Shown one piece after another: positions 28,738 to 37,162 of a DNA stretch of 64,000 nucleotides; within the stretch, counting starts at the first letter, position 1, and each line of letters starts with the position of its first letter. Below the pieces are notes generated by a model. It was given only the letters and a program-made list of their open reading frames with translations, searched no databases and was not told where the DNA came from. The translations under genes were made by a program, and so were the position numbers. The DNA is from Spirochaetia bacterium (GTDB lineage: Bacteria > Spirochaetota > Spirochaetia > WRBN01): positions 26,317 to 90,316 of the forward strand of contig JBOFFX010000018.1 of NCBI GenBank assembly GCA_051648825.1. Reading direction: 5' to 3'.

Positions 28738-29856
28738 CTACTTTTTTTCTATTCTCCAGTAGCCCGATTCATATGGGCCCAAATCCATCACAAGCTGTGA
28801 TCCTGTCACATGAATGACTTGTCCTGTTTTAATGTTTTTTAAGCGTATATTATTCTTAAGTTTTGTTGCCCTCAAATATGGCAAGCGGTACTGAACCTGT
28901 GTTGGCATCAGATTGAATACTGCCAAAATTTGTTCTCTGCCATCTTCCTTGATGTCAATATAGACGCCATTATTATAGGCCAGATTGCTTTGTTTTCCTC
29001 TATACAAACTTGCATTATCTTTTCTTATCTGTAGTGCTGTCTTTATCACCTGCAAGTCTTTTTCATAAAATGTTGCATCCACACCGTTGAGTGCAATAGG
29101 CATATACAGGGGTCCAGATACTGAATTCATTAACCCCACAGCTATATCAGAAACAGCTTCTTGCTTAAACGCATAAGAAAAATTTAGCGTTAAAGGCACT
29201 AACAAATGCCCTGCTTTTGCATAAAAATTACGCCAATTATACATCTTGGCAATATCAACACCCATAAGTTCTGGCTCGCGCTCTTGCCCCTCATACCCCA
29301 ATAGCAACCCCAATAGCCCCGCTGCAGAATGATCGTAATAAATCACACCCTCTACCAATTTGCCATTTTGCAATAACGAGGCTGTACTTGCTTCATTGCT
29401 TTGAATAAACAACTGCCCTAGTGATTTGCGATCTTTCACCTCGCTCTGAAGCTTCCTGAGTCCTTGTTGGATTTTTTTAATATCTTTACGGTCAAAATAA
29501 TTCCCCTGACTCAACCATACCCCGTCAATACGTGCTGCAACTCCACTAGAAAGTAAATAGTCTACAACCTTTGCAGAGTCTTGCGCCTCTGTCATAAAAA
29601 CAGCATACAATCCGCGCCCATGTGCTTGCAATGTCAATTCTGCCCACAAGTCTGTGCCTGCTCCAATAAAAACCACTGTATTAAACCCCAACTCTGAAAT
29701 CAAATCTAAGCGTGGCAAAATATTTGCAGAGTCTGCATCAATCACAACTGGTGCTATCATCAGCTCATTAGCCGCAGGCAATGACTGATGAGAACAGGCG
29801 AGTACACTTAAAACTGTTAATAAAATGATAATTTTTTTCATCGCTGATTTAGACAT
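28738..29856 (-). CDS. lipoprotein with alpha-amylase-family (GH13)-like architecture, possibly non-catalytic
   Basis: 372 aa with lipobox LSVLAC. Its block order resembles a GH13 TIM barrel plus C-terminal beta-sandwich (LISELGFNTVVF, LQAHGRGLYAVF, IDGVWLSQ, LQIRKDNASLYRG, ILAVFNL, DLGPYESGYWRI). The assignment is by eye only. Confidence 0.35.
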   Translation of the reverse strand: MSKSAMKKIIILLTVLSVLACSHQSLPAANELMIAPVVIDADSANILPRLDLISELGFNTVVFIGAGTDLWAELTLQAHGRGLYAVFMTEAQDSAKVVDYLLSSGVAARIDGVWLSQGNYFDRKDIKKIQQGLRKLQSEVKDRKSLGQLFIQSNEASTASLLQNGKLVEGVIYYDHSAAGLLGLLLGYEGQEREPELMGVDIAKMYNWRNFYAKAGHLLVPLTLNFSYAFKQEAVSDIAVGLMNSVSGPLYMPIALNGVDATFYEKDLQVIKTALQIRKDNASLYRGKQSNLAYNNGVYIDIKEDGREQILAVFNLMPTQVQYRLPYLRATKLKNNIRLKNIKTGQVIHVTGSQLVMDLGPYESGYWRIEKK

Positions 29857-29938
29857 TACCTATTTTTACTTTTTTTTTCTACGTATTCCACAGATTTTTT
29901 TGTTATGCAGTCTATAAATCGAGGCGATAATTGGACTG

Positions 29939-30376
29939 ATGAATCAAAACTTGGTTATTAAATACACTGGCAATGTTGCCCCATATTATGCCTCAAAAGA
30001 AGCCAGTGGGGCGGACATTTGTGCTCAACTCAATTCGCCCATCACAATGATGCCCCAAGAATCTGCTTTAATTCCTACAGGATTGGCCATAGAAATTCCC
30101 TTCGGCTACGAAGCACAAGTCCGTCCGCGCAGTGGGCTTGCCCTCAAGCATGGCATTACTGTGCTTAACTCACCTGGTACCATTGATAGTGACTATCGTG
30201 GAGAAATTAAAATTATCCTTATTAATTTGGGCCCCAAAAAATTCACTATCGAAAATGGTGAACGTATTGCTCAACTCGTAATCGCCCCTGTCGTCCGTGC
30301 TGAGTTTCAGCCTGTCACAATACTCAATTCCTCAGATCGTCAGCATGCTGGGTTTGGTAGTACTGGCAAAAAGTGA
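29939..30376 (+). CDS. dut: dUTP diphosphatase
   Basis: 145 aa with dUTPase motifs [23 protein letters not shown] and GFGSTG. Confidence 0.95.
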   Translation: MNQNLVIKYTGNVAPYYASKEASGADICAQLNSPITMMPQESALIPTGLAIEIPFGYEAQVRPRSGLALKHGITVLNSPGTIDSDYRGEIKIILINLGPKKFTIENGERIAQLVIAPVVRAEFQPVTILNSSDRQHAGFGSTGKK

Positions 30377-31437
30377 CCCTGGTGCGCTCTTTTATCTACC
30401 TACTACTTGCCTCAATGCTTTTTCCTCTGCAATCCTACGGATCCACACTACTAGATATTGCTATGAAAACTCTCACAACAAACCCCTATCGGGCACAAAA
30501 AATTTTTTCTGCCATAGACAAATCCCAAATTTTGAACGAAGAAAAAAAACGCCAATACGCATTAGCCGAGAAAGCACTTTTATCATTCAAATTTCCTATA
30601 CATAAATTAGGTCTCACCACACATGCAATCTCAGCAATGGCACTAGATGGTGATGACTTGTGGGTTGCTGATACACTGGGCACAATTTCTCGCTACACAC
30701 TCACGAGTGGTGAATATACCCTAATTCGCAAGCCTCAGCAGTCTCAGCCCATGCAAGATGTACACAATATTTTTGTTCAAGAGGACAGAATCTGGATTGC
30801 AGGCACTCATTCTCTACTCACATATGATAAAAAGAGTGGTGAAATTTTTAGTTCTATTTTACCAAAAGGGGGCCGCCCTATTAGTCTGGTTTACTATGAA
30901 AACCAACTCTTACTTGGTATAGAAAATTTTGGCATCTATACTTGGAATGGAGAGGCCTTTGTTCCCTCTGTCATCAATCGCCCCGAATTTGTGCATATGC
31001 GCTCACTTGTGATCCATCAGCAAGCTTTGTGGGCAGCCACAACAACGGGCCTGTATACCAATGAAAATAATCATTGGCAACAGATCTCGGTTTTGGAACA
31101 ACAGTCTATCACCGCGTTGACTCCCAGCACACAAGGATTATGGGGTGTCAGCCAAAAATCTACACTTTTTCTCCTAGATCAAGATAAGAATTTAGCTATA
31201 ATAAATACAGATATTAGCATATCTGAAATTCACCTTTTGCCAGAGTGTGTCTTGATTTTGAATGCGCAAAGAGATCGTCTGCAACAACTCAAACTCCCCC
31301 TTGAGAAATCTGGGGTAGATTTGCGGGTAGTTTCTATTGAATTTTCCACTCTCAGCGGAATGGCTTTTTCTTCACCGTATCTGATTGTAGGGAGCACCCA
31401 AGATGCTGCTTTTTTTATACATCAATCTCTTCTTTGA
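30373..31437 (+). CDS. exported beta-propeller-repeat protein (unknown function)
   Basis: 354 aa. The GTG start overlaps the dut stop (GTGA). A signal peptide ends in LQSYG-S. The recurring motif hydrophobic-W-(V/I/A)-(A/G)-T...L..Y ([51 protein letters not shown]) resembles the two-component-regulator propeller repeat. Confidence 0.45.
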   Translation: MTLVRSFIYLLLASMLFPLQSYGSTLLDIAMKTLTTNPYRAQKIFSAIDKSQILNEEKKRQYALAEKALLSFKFPIHKLGLTTHAISAMALDGDDLWVADTLGTISRYTLTSGEYTLIRKPQQSQPMQDVHNIFVQEDRIWIAGTHSLLTYDKKSGEIFSSILPKGGRPISLVYYENQLLLGIENFGIYTWNGEAFVPSVINRPEFVHMRSLVIHQQALWAATTTGLYTNENNHWQQISVLEQQSITALTPSTQGLWGVSQKSTLFLLDQDKNLAIINTDISISEIHLLPECVLILNAQRDRLQQLKLPLEKSGVDLRVVSIEFSTLSGMAFSSPYLIVGSTQDAAFFIHQSLL

Positions 31438-32722
31438 AAGAGCCTATGCAAAAATCCATGCCTATATCCTGCGCCGATGGTCTTTGCTTAACCGATATAT
31501 TTTAAAAGAAATCTTTTTTACACAAATCTCCACTCTACTATTTCTTTACTTTGTGCTACTCATTAACAACTTTTTGGTGATGGCAGAAACCCTGCTCTCT
31601 TTGAATGTGGGGGTTTTACAAATTATCGGACTCATTGTTTCTCTGACCCCTTCAACACTGGTCTGGGCCCTGCCATTTTCTGGGCTTATTGGATCCTTGT
31701 TGGCTATTGGCCGCATGGCCTCAGACAATGAACTATTAGCCGCATCATTTTTGGGGTCTACTTATGCTGAATTTCTTAAACCTTTTATCGCTTATGGCAT
31801 TATTCTCATGCTTTCGAGTTTTTTTATGATTAATATTATTGCGCCTCAGGCTGATAAGCTTTTTCAAAACATTATGAAAAATATTGCAGAAACAACCCCC
31901 AATATTTTGATCGAATCCAATTCTTCACAAAAAATTGGTGATACTGTTGTGATGACTGGCCCTATCAAGAGTGGTAATATTGAAGGTGTCACCATTGTTG
32001 ACTATGATTCTTTTGGATACAAACGTGTGATTCATGCTAGAAGTGCTCGCATCCAAAGTAACAACAAAGATAAGGGGGCTGGGCGCTCTTTTATGCTAGA
32101 GGATGTGCAGGGGATGAGTGCCTCAAAGGATACGCGCATCCTAAACTATCAACTTATTTATGCCGCTTCAGCACAATATGGGGTGAATATTACGCCTGAT
32201 GAATTGCACAAAATGACCACTGCTACAGGAAAAACAATTAAAAGCACCTTGGAAAATTTGCAAAAAAGTAAAGATGCCTTATTAGCTAACCGCACAATAC
32301 GTATGGAACAAGCAATGAATTGGTTGGGCAATCTTTCAGACAATTATCTATACTCTATCATTAATGGGGGCCAACGTTCTCAGATTGATGCATTTTATAT
32401 GCGATACCAAAATAGCCTGCCATCAAAAAAACCAGATATTCGTTATAGAACTAGCTTTGTAGATTTTTATCAGCAGATCTCTTTGCCCATTGCCTGTTTT
32501 ATTTTTGTTTTTCTTGCATTTTCACTCTCTATCACTAGCCGAAAAACCCAGCAAACCACTATGCTAGGCGTTGGAGTTTTATTTTCTATGGTTTATTGGT
32601 TCTCGCTTTATATGACGATTCACCTTGTTATTATTGGTCAGTTTGGCCTTTGGATTGTTGCTGCGGGAGATATGGCATTTTTGCTCATTGCATTAATTCT
32701 CTATCTAAAGATAAAAAAATGA
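31403..32722 (+). CDS. lptF: LptF/LptG-family (YjgP/YjgQ) LPS export permease
   Basis: 439 aa with the family N-terminus LNRYILKEIFF, TM helices, a large periplasmic insert and C-terminal TM helices. The start is uncertain: an in-frame TTG at 31484 would remove the overlap with the upstream gene. Confidence 0.75.
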   Translation: MLLFLYINLFFERAYAKIHAYILRRWSLLNRYILKEIFFTQISTLLFLYFVLLINNFLVMAETLLSLNVGVLQIIGLIVSLTPSTLVWALPFSGLIGSLLAIGRMASDNELLAASFLGSTYAEFLKPFIAYGIILMLSSFFMINIIAPQADKLFQNIMKNIAETTPNILIESNSSQKIGDTVVMTGPIKSGNIEGVTIVDYDSFGYKRVIHARSARIQSNNKDKGAGRSFMLEDVQGMSASKDTRILNYQLIYAASAQYGVNITPDELHKMTTATGKTIKSTLENLQKSKDALLANRTIRMEQAMNWLGNLSDNYLYSIINGGQRSQIDAFYMRYQNSLPSKKPDIRYRTSFVDFYQQISLPIACFIFVFLAFSLSITSRKTQQTTMLGVGVLFSMVYWFSLYMTIHLVIIGQFGLWIVAAGDMAFLLIALILYLKIKK

Positions 32723-33846
32723 CGGTATCTTCTCGTTTTATACTCATCAATTTTATCCGGTTCTTTATCGTTGCATGGATGATCCTTGTTTCATTTGTCA
32801 GCTTGATAGACCTGCTCAATTCATTTATTAACTACCTCAACTATGGCTTAAGTGTAAAACAAATTCTTTTAGCATTTTTGTATAACATTCCCTCTATTAT
32901 GTCATTGACTATGCCATTCGCGGGGCTTTTTGCCTCCTCCTATTTATTTGGAAAAATGAATAGTGAGCTAGAGTTATTGGCATTTATGACGTTGGGATAT
33001 TCGATTAGGCGCCTTATTTTGCCCCAAATTTTGATCGGACTGCTCCTGTGTCTAGGCAATTTTATTCTTAATGAATCCCTCGCCGTACCCACTATGAACA
33101 AGCGCCTAAAAATTTTGGAATATATTGAAATGGGACAAAAGCCTTCATTTATTGTTTTCAAGGGCGAAAATAGCGTTTTTTATGCAGAAAGATATATTGA
33201 GGCAGAGGAAACTTTTGAAGAAATTATGATTATTATTTTTACAGAAGAACAACATTTATTGCAACGCGTAGATGCACGCTATGCTATCTGGACAGGTGAA
33301 AACTGGCAACTCAAAGAAGCCCGCGTGCTCAATATTGACAACACAATAGATGCGGGTCACCTGCAGGATATGGTCTGGGATGGGCAGCCCACTATTGGCG
33401 AAATTCATCTAAGTGTCCGCGGGCAGTATAACACAACTATTATTGAAGCCCACCAACAAATTCAGCTACTTAAACAAAATGGCATGTCTTATAGATCCGA
33501 GTTATTAAATTTTATTAAACGCTTTATCTCCCCTTTCTCTATGGTACTTTATATCATGACACCGATTCTTTTGCGTGTAAAAAAGAACTCTGGCATTATT
33601 CTTTCTACAATGTCACACTTTGCTGTGGCAGCAATCTTTACGGTATTGAATATGATCACGGGCATTTCTGCAAGAAATGGCAACATGGATGTTTTTTATG
33701 CTACCATTGCACCTTTTGCCATTGTCAGTGTTTCTATCTTTATATTTTCTTCGTTCAAAGCACTATATGCCGATATCTCAACACTTGCAAATTTGCGCTA
33801 CAAAAAGGCTTTCTTGCGGTTTAAAAAAATCTTACACTTAGAATAG
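32719..33846 (+). CDS. lptG: LptF/LptG-family (YjgP/YjgQ) LPS export permease
   Basis: The ATG at 32719 overlaps the lptF stop (ATGA). The product has the same TM-insert-TM architecture. The ORF-track start at 32596 lies inside lptF and is rejected. Confidence 0.75.
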   Translation: MTVSSRFILINFIRFFIVAWMILVSFVSLIDLLNSFINYLNYGLSVKQILLAFLYNIPSIMSLTMPFAGLFASSYLFGKMNSELELLAFMTLGYSIRRLILPQILIGLLLCLGNFILNESLAVPTMNKRLKILEYIEMGQKPSFIVFKGENSVFYAERYIEAEETFEEIMIIIFTEEQHLLQRVDARYAIWTGENWQLKEARVLNIDNTIDAGHLQDMVWDGQPTIGEIHLSVRGQYNTTIIEAHQQIQLLKQNGMSYRSELLNFIKRFISPFSMVLYIMTPILLRVKKNSGIILSTMSHFAVAAIFTVLNMITGISARNGNMDVFYATIAPFAIVSVSIFIFSSFKALYADISTLANLRYKKAFLRFKKILHLE

Positions 33847-33850
33847 TTTT

Positions 33851-34456
33851 TTAATAGTAAATTTGGGGAACAAATTTTGTCACATCTGGCACGGGTACAT
33901 CTTTTGGCAAGTCTGCTGCTGTTGCACGATGCCAAGTAACTGTAGCGCCTATCCCCGCCCCAATATTGCCAAATAATTTCAGCTCTGTTCCTTCTCGCCA
34001 CATATCTAGGTTAAACGGACGCCTTCTTCTTGGGTCCAAAATATTCCCACTCACCCATTTGCGCCTTTTTGGATGCCACCTGCTGACCCAAATGACTTCC
34101 ATTCCCACGGTAAAAGGGTTTCCTGGAATATTGCGGGCCCTGCCTATAGGCTTGTTGTAGGTATCCTTATCTCCTGTATCTGGGTCTATTGTCACAAGGG
34201 TGCGCCCATAAATGGTGCCATTATATTCATAAAGATAGGCAATGCCAGCGCGCACCTTGTGATAGTCGTGCATAAACCAATAACCCGTTACATCTTTTCG
34301 CTGTGCAGCAATGGCCTCAAATTCTTTTTGTTTTTGCAGGCGTGCAGCCTCTTTTCTCTCTCTCTCTATTGCTTTGGATATTTCTTTCTCATTATTTGCG
34401 TGCATAGGAAAAAGTGCGAAACTGGCTCCCATCATCATTAATATCCATTTCTTCAT
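33851..34456 (-). CDS. secreted DUF2147-like protein
   Basis: 201 aa with a signal peptide. The pattern G.W...D......Y..NG.IYGR ... G..V.W ... W..G.I.DP....F.L.MW..G..L resembles DUF2147. Confidence 0.45.
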   Translation of the reverse strand: MKKWILMMMGASFALFPMHANNEKEISKAIERERKEAARLQKQKEFEAIAAQRKDVTGYWFMHDYHKVRAGIAYLYEYNGTIYGRTLVTIDPDTGDKDTYNKPIGRARNIPGNPFTVGMEVIWVSRWHPKRRKWVSGNILDPRRRRPFNLDMWREGTELKLFGNIGAGIGATVTWHRATAADLPKDVPVPDVTKFVPQIYY

Positions 34457-34543
34457 CTAGCTCCTCCAGCTTACTTAATTGTCAAAAAGATTAAATTTGT
34501 CTTACTAAGAATTGTTTGTACTGGTTAATAGTATCATTTTTTA

Positions 34544-35548
34544 TTAAGAAAGAAAAGTTGGCCTTGTCCCCCACGGGGGCAAACATAACATAAGGATAAA
34601 ATTTTCTATTAAAATTCGTTGCATATCTCTAGGGTAATTGGATCTTAATAACCCATCATACACACAGAATTCTCTAAGAAATATATGCAATTGATCCATA
34701 GAGTATTTTTTTGTTGCTTTGTGATAAAGCTGAATTTGATGCTTGCCCAATATCATTACTTGCTTTGCTGCAAGATCAATACTGATCCCCGCCTCTAGCA
34801 ATTCCTTTAATTTCAAGACTTTACGAAATTGCCAAAGAAGTCCAGTTAGCGTCTGCACTCCAATACTCTCTGGACTCATCGCCAAGCGCAACAAACAGTC
34901 ACAACTTGCAACTAGATCTGTGTTGAGTATATAGAAAAATAAACTATAAACACTTTCTTCTCGGCTATGAATGACAAATGTACTCACATTTTCTTCAGTG
35001 ATCATTGCCTGGTTTTCAAAAAACCCCGCCAGAGCTTCACATGCGACGCGCAGTTCTTGAGTATTATTTTCTACAAGTACCAAAAGCTTATCTATAGCAT
35101 CTGGGGCAATCTTGATCCCCTCTTTGGTAAAAAATTCATTAATCCATTCATGTTTGCGATTTTCAAACATTTCCCAAAAAATACGTCGATTTTTGGCAGG
35201 AATCACGTGCTCCAGTTTTTTGTGAATTTTGGGCGCTTGATTTTGTGTGGAAAAAAGTACCACCCAAACACTAGAAGACATATGCGTAATTGCTATGAGC
35301 AGTTTTTCCATATCTACCGCTTTAAAATCTTCGATATTAGCAATCTGTAAAAACCTGGCAGACTGAAAAAGTCCTGGCGTTTCTATTATATTGATAATTT
35401 CATGAATAGCCGCATCATAGGGATAGAATTTATAACGCTCAATAGCAGGATCAGATTTTTGTGCTTGCAGAAATAACGCATCCACAAATTCTTGCTTCTG
35501 ACCAATTTCTGGACCTAATAGCAGATGGGCATTCTTCTCTTTATTCAT
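34544..35548 (-). CDS. holA: DNA polymerase III delta subunit
   Basis: 334 aa. The N-terminus (HLLLGPEIGQKQEF) and overall helical layout are compatible with HolA, but the similarity is weak and judged by eye. Confidence 0.5.
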   Translation of the reverse strand: MNKEKNAHLLLGPEIGQKQEFVDALFLQAQKSDPAIERYKFYPYDAAIHEIINIIETPGLFQSARFLQIANIEDFKAVDMEKLLIAITHMSSSVWVVLFSTQNQAPKIHKKLEHVIPAKNRRIFWEMFENRKHEWINEFFTKEGIKIAPDAIDKLLVLVENNTQELRVACEALAGFFENQAMITEENVSTFVIHSREESVYSLFFYILNTDLVASCDCLLRLAMSPESIGVQTLTGLLWQFRKVLKLKELLEAGISIDLAAKQVMILGKHQIQLYHKATKKYSMDQLHIFLREFCVYDGLLRSNYPRDMQRILIENFILMLCLPPWGTRPTFLS

Positions 35549-35572
35549 AGGATTAAATAAACCCTAAAAAAC

Positions 35573-35627
35573 AAAAAGAAGCAACCACCAAAATTGATTT
35601 TAACAATTGGGTGGCTGCTTCTTTTTT
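35573..35627 (-). terminator. rho-independent terminator after the PTS EIICB gene
   Basis: gaagcaaccacc (35578-35589) pairs with ggtggctgcttc (35610-35621) with one mismatch and a loop of about 20 nt. The stem is flanked by an A-run and a T-run, so a U-tract follows on either strand. Confidence 0.6.
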
Positions 35628-35635
35628 ATGTTATC

Positions 35636-37129
35636 TTATGATTTTTGACGCGTAATAATCGCCTTAATTGCATCACTGACTTGTGCTGCGTCGGTACCAA
35701 CAATCACCTGACAATGCCCTGCAATTTTGTTAACCACACCCATCACCCCCATCGCCTTTAATGCGGCTTCATCCACAGCGCTGTTCTCATTAATATCAAC
35801 ACGCAATCGAGTTGCACATGCATCAACAACCTTAATATTGCTCATGCCACCCAATGCAACAAAGATTTTCTGTGCTCTTTCTTCCATTGCGACACTAAAT
35901 GATGCACCCGCTGCTGCAACTTCCTGTGCATCATCCGTACGGCCCGGGGTCTTAAGATTCCATACGCGAATAGCCAGTGTAAAGAGAACATAGTACAGGA
36001 CAGCATAAATAGCACCCATGATAATGCCCCACAACAAGTTTCCATACCCACCCAGTGCAGAACCAAAGACTAGCACATCTTTTGTTTGTGCACCATATTT
36101 TGCATTTAAGAAAAAGTCGATCAATCCTGCAGAGAAGGTAAATCCTAGTCTGACCTGCAAAATATGCATAATCACCATAGAAAGGCCCGTAAGGACGGCA
36201 TGGATAATGTACAAGGGGAAAGCCAAGAACATAAACGCATACTCAATAGGCTCTGTCACACCAGTAATAAGGGAGGTGAGTCCCAAAGAAACAAAAATTC
36301 CAGACATTGCATTGCGATTTTCTTTTGGAGAAGCCATCAGCATGGCAAAACAAGCCGCAGGCAATCCAAACATCATGACGGGAAAGAATCCTGCCATAAA
36401 ATACCCCGCTGTTGGATCTCCAGAAAGATATCGTGTGATATCTCCTGTGACCACTTCTCCCGCAGCATTCGTATACTCTCCCAACTGGAACCAAACAATA
36501 GTATTAATAATATTGTGCAATCCTAGTGGCAAAAGCATACGGTTAAAGAACCCATAGAAAAAGAGTCCAATATTGCCACTTTTTGTCATCCAAAGGCCAA
36601 ATGAATCTACTGCATACTGAATCCCTGGCCAAACAAAACTAAAGAGAATTGCTGTTAAGACTGCAACAAAGGCTGTGATAATTGGGACAAACCTTTTTCC
36701 TGAAAAAAATGCCAGATAAGGAGGCAATGTAATTCCAGAAAAACGATTATAAAGCATTCCTGCCATCACACCAGCAACAATACCGCCCAGAATGCCAATA
36801 TTGACCTGTGGTGCAAGTTTTTGCAAGCTACCAGTAAGAACCAAATATCCTACAGCACCAGCAAGGGCCGCAGAACCATGTGAATCTCTGGAAAAACCAA
36901 TGGCCATTGCCACTGCAAAAATTAACGGGAGATTAGAAAAAATAGCATTAGCGCCGCCCGCTAAAAACTGCCCATAAATACCAAATGCTCCCAGCAAATC
37001 GTCTTGTCCAAATCTCAACAACAAACCAGCTACCGGCAAAACAGCAATTGGAAGTTGCACAGATTTTGCTAGCGTGGAGAAAAAATTCCCCAAGGAAAAC
37101 TTACTCAGAAGTTTTGTTGAACCACCCAT
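35636..37129 (-). CDS. PTS EIICB component, glucose/N-acetylglucosamine family
   Basis: 497 aa. A polytopic EIIC domain is followed by a C-terminal EIIB domain with the phospho-Cys motif DACATRLR. Confidence 0.9.
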   Translation of the reverse strand: MGGSTKLLSKFSLGNFFSTLAKSVQLPIAVLPVAGLLLRFGQDDLLGAFGIYGQFLAGGANAIFSNLPLIFAVAMAIGFSRDSHGSAALAGAVGYLVLTGSLQKLAPQVNIGILGGIVAGVMAGMLYNRFSGITLPPYLAFFSGKRFVPIITAFVAVLTAILFSFVWPGIQYAVDSFGLWMTKSGNIGLFFYGFFNRMLLPLGLHNIINTIVWFQLGEYTNAAGEVVTGDITRYLSGDPTAGYFMAGFFPVMMFGLPAACFAMLMASPKENRNAMSGIFVSLGLTSLITGVTEPIEYAFMFLAFPLYIIHAVLTGLSMVIMHILQVRLGFTFSAGLIDFFLNAKYGAQTKDVLVFGSALGGYGNLLWGIIMGAIYAVLYYVLFTLAIRVWNLKTPGRTDDAQEVAAAGASFSVAMEERAQKIFVALGGMSNIKVVDACATRLRVDINENSAVDEAALKAMGVMGVVNKIAGHCQVIVGTDAAQVSDAIKAIITRQKS

Positions 37130-37162
37130 CTAAACACCTCTCTTTTTTATTTTTTTATTTTT

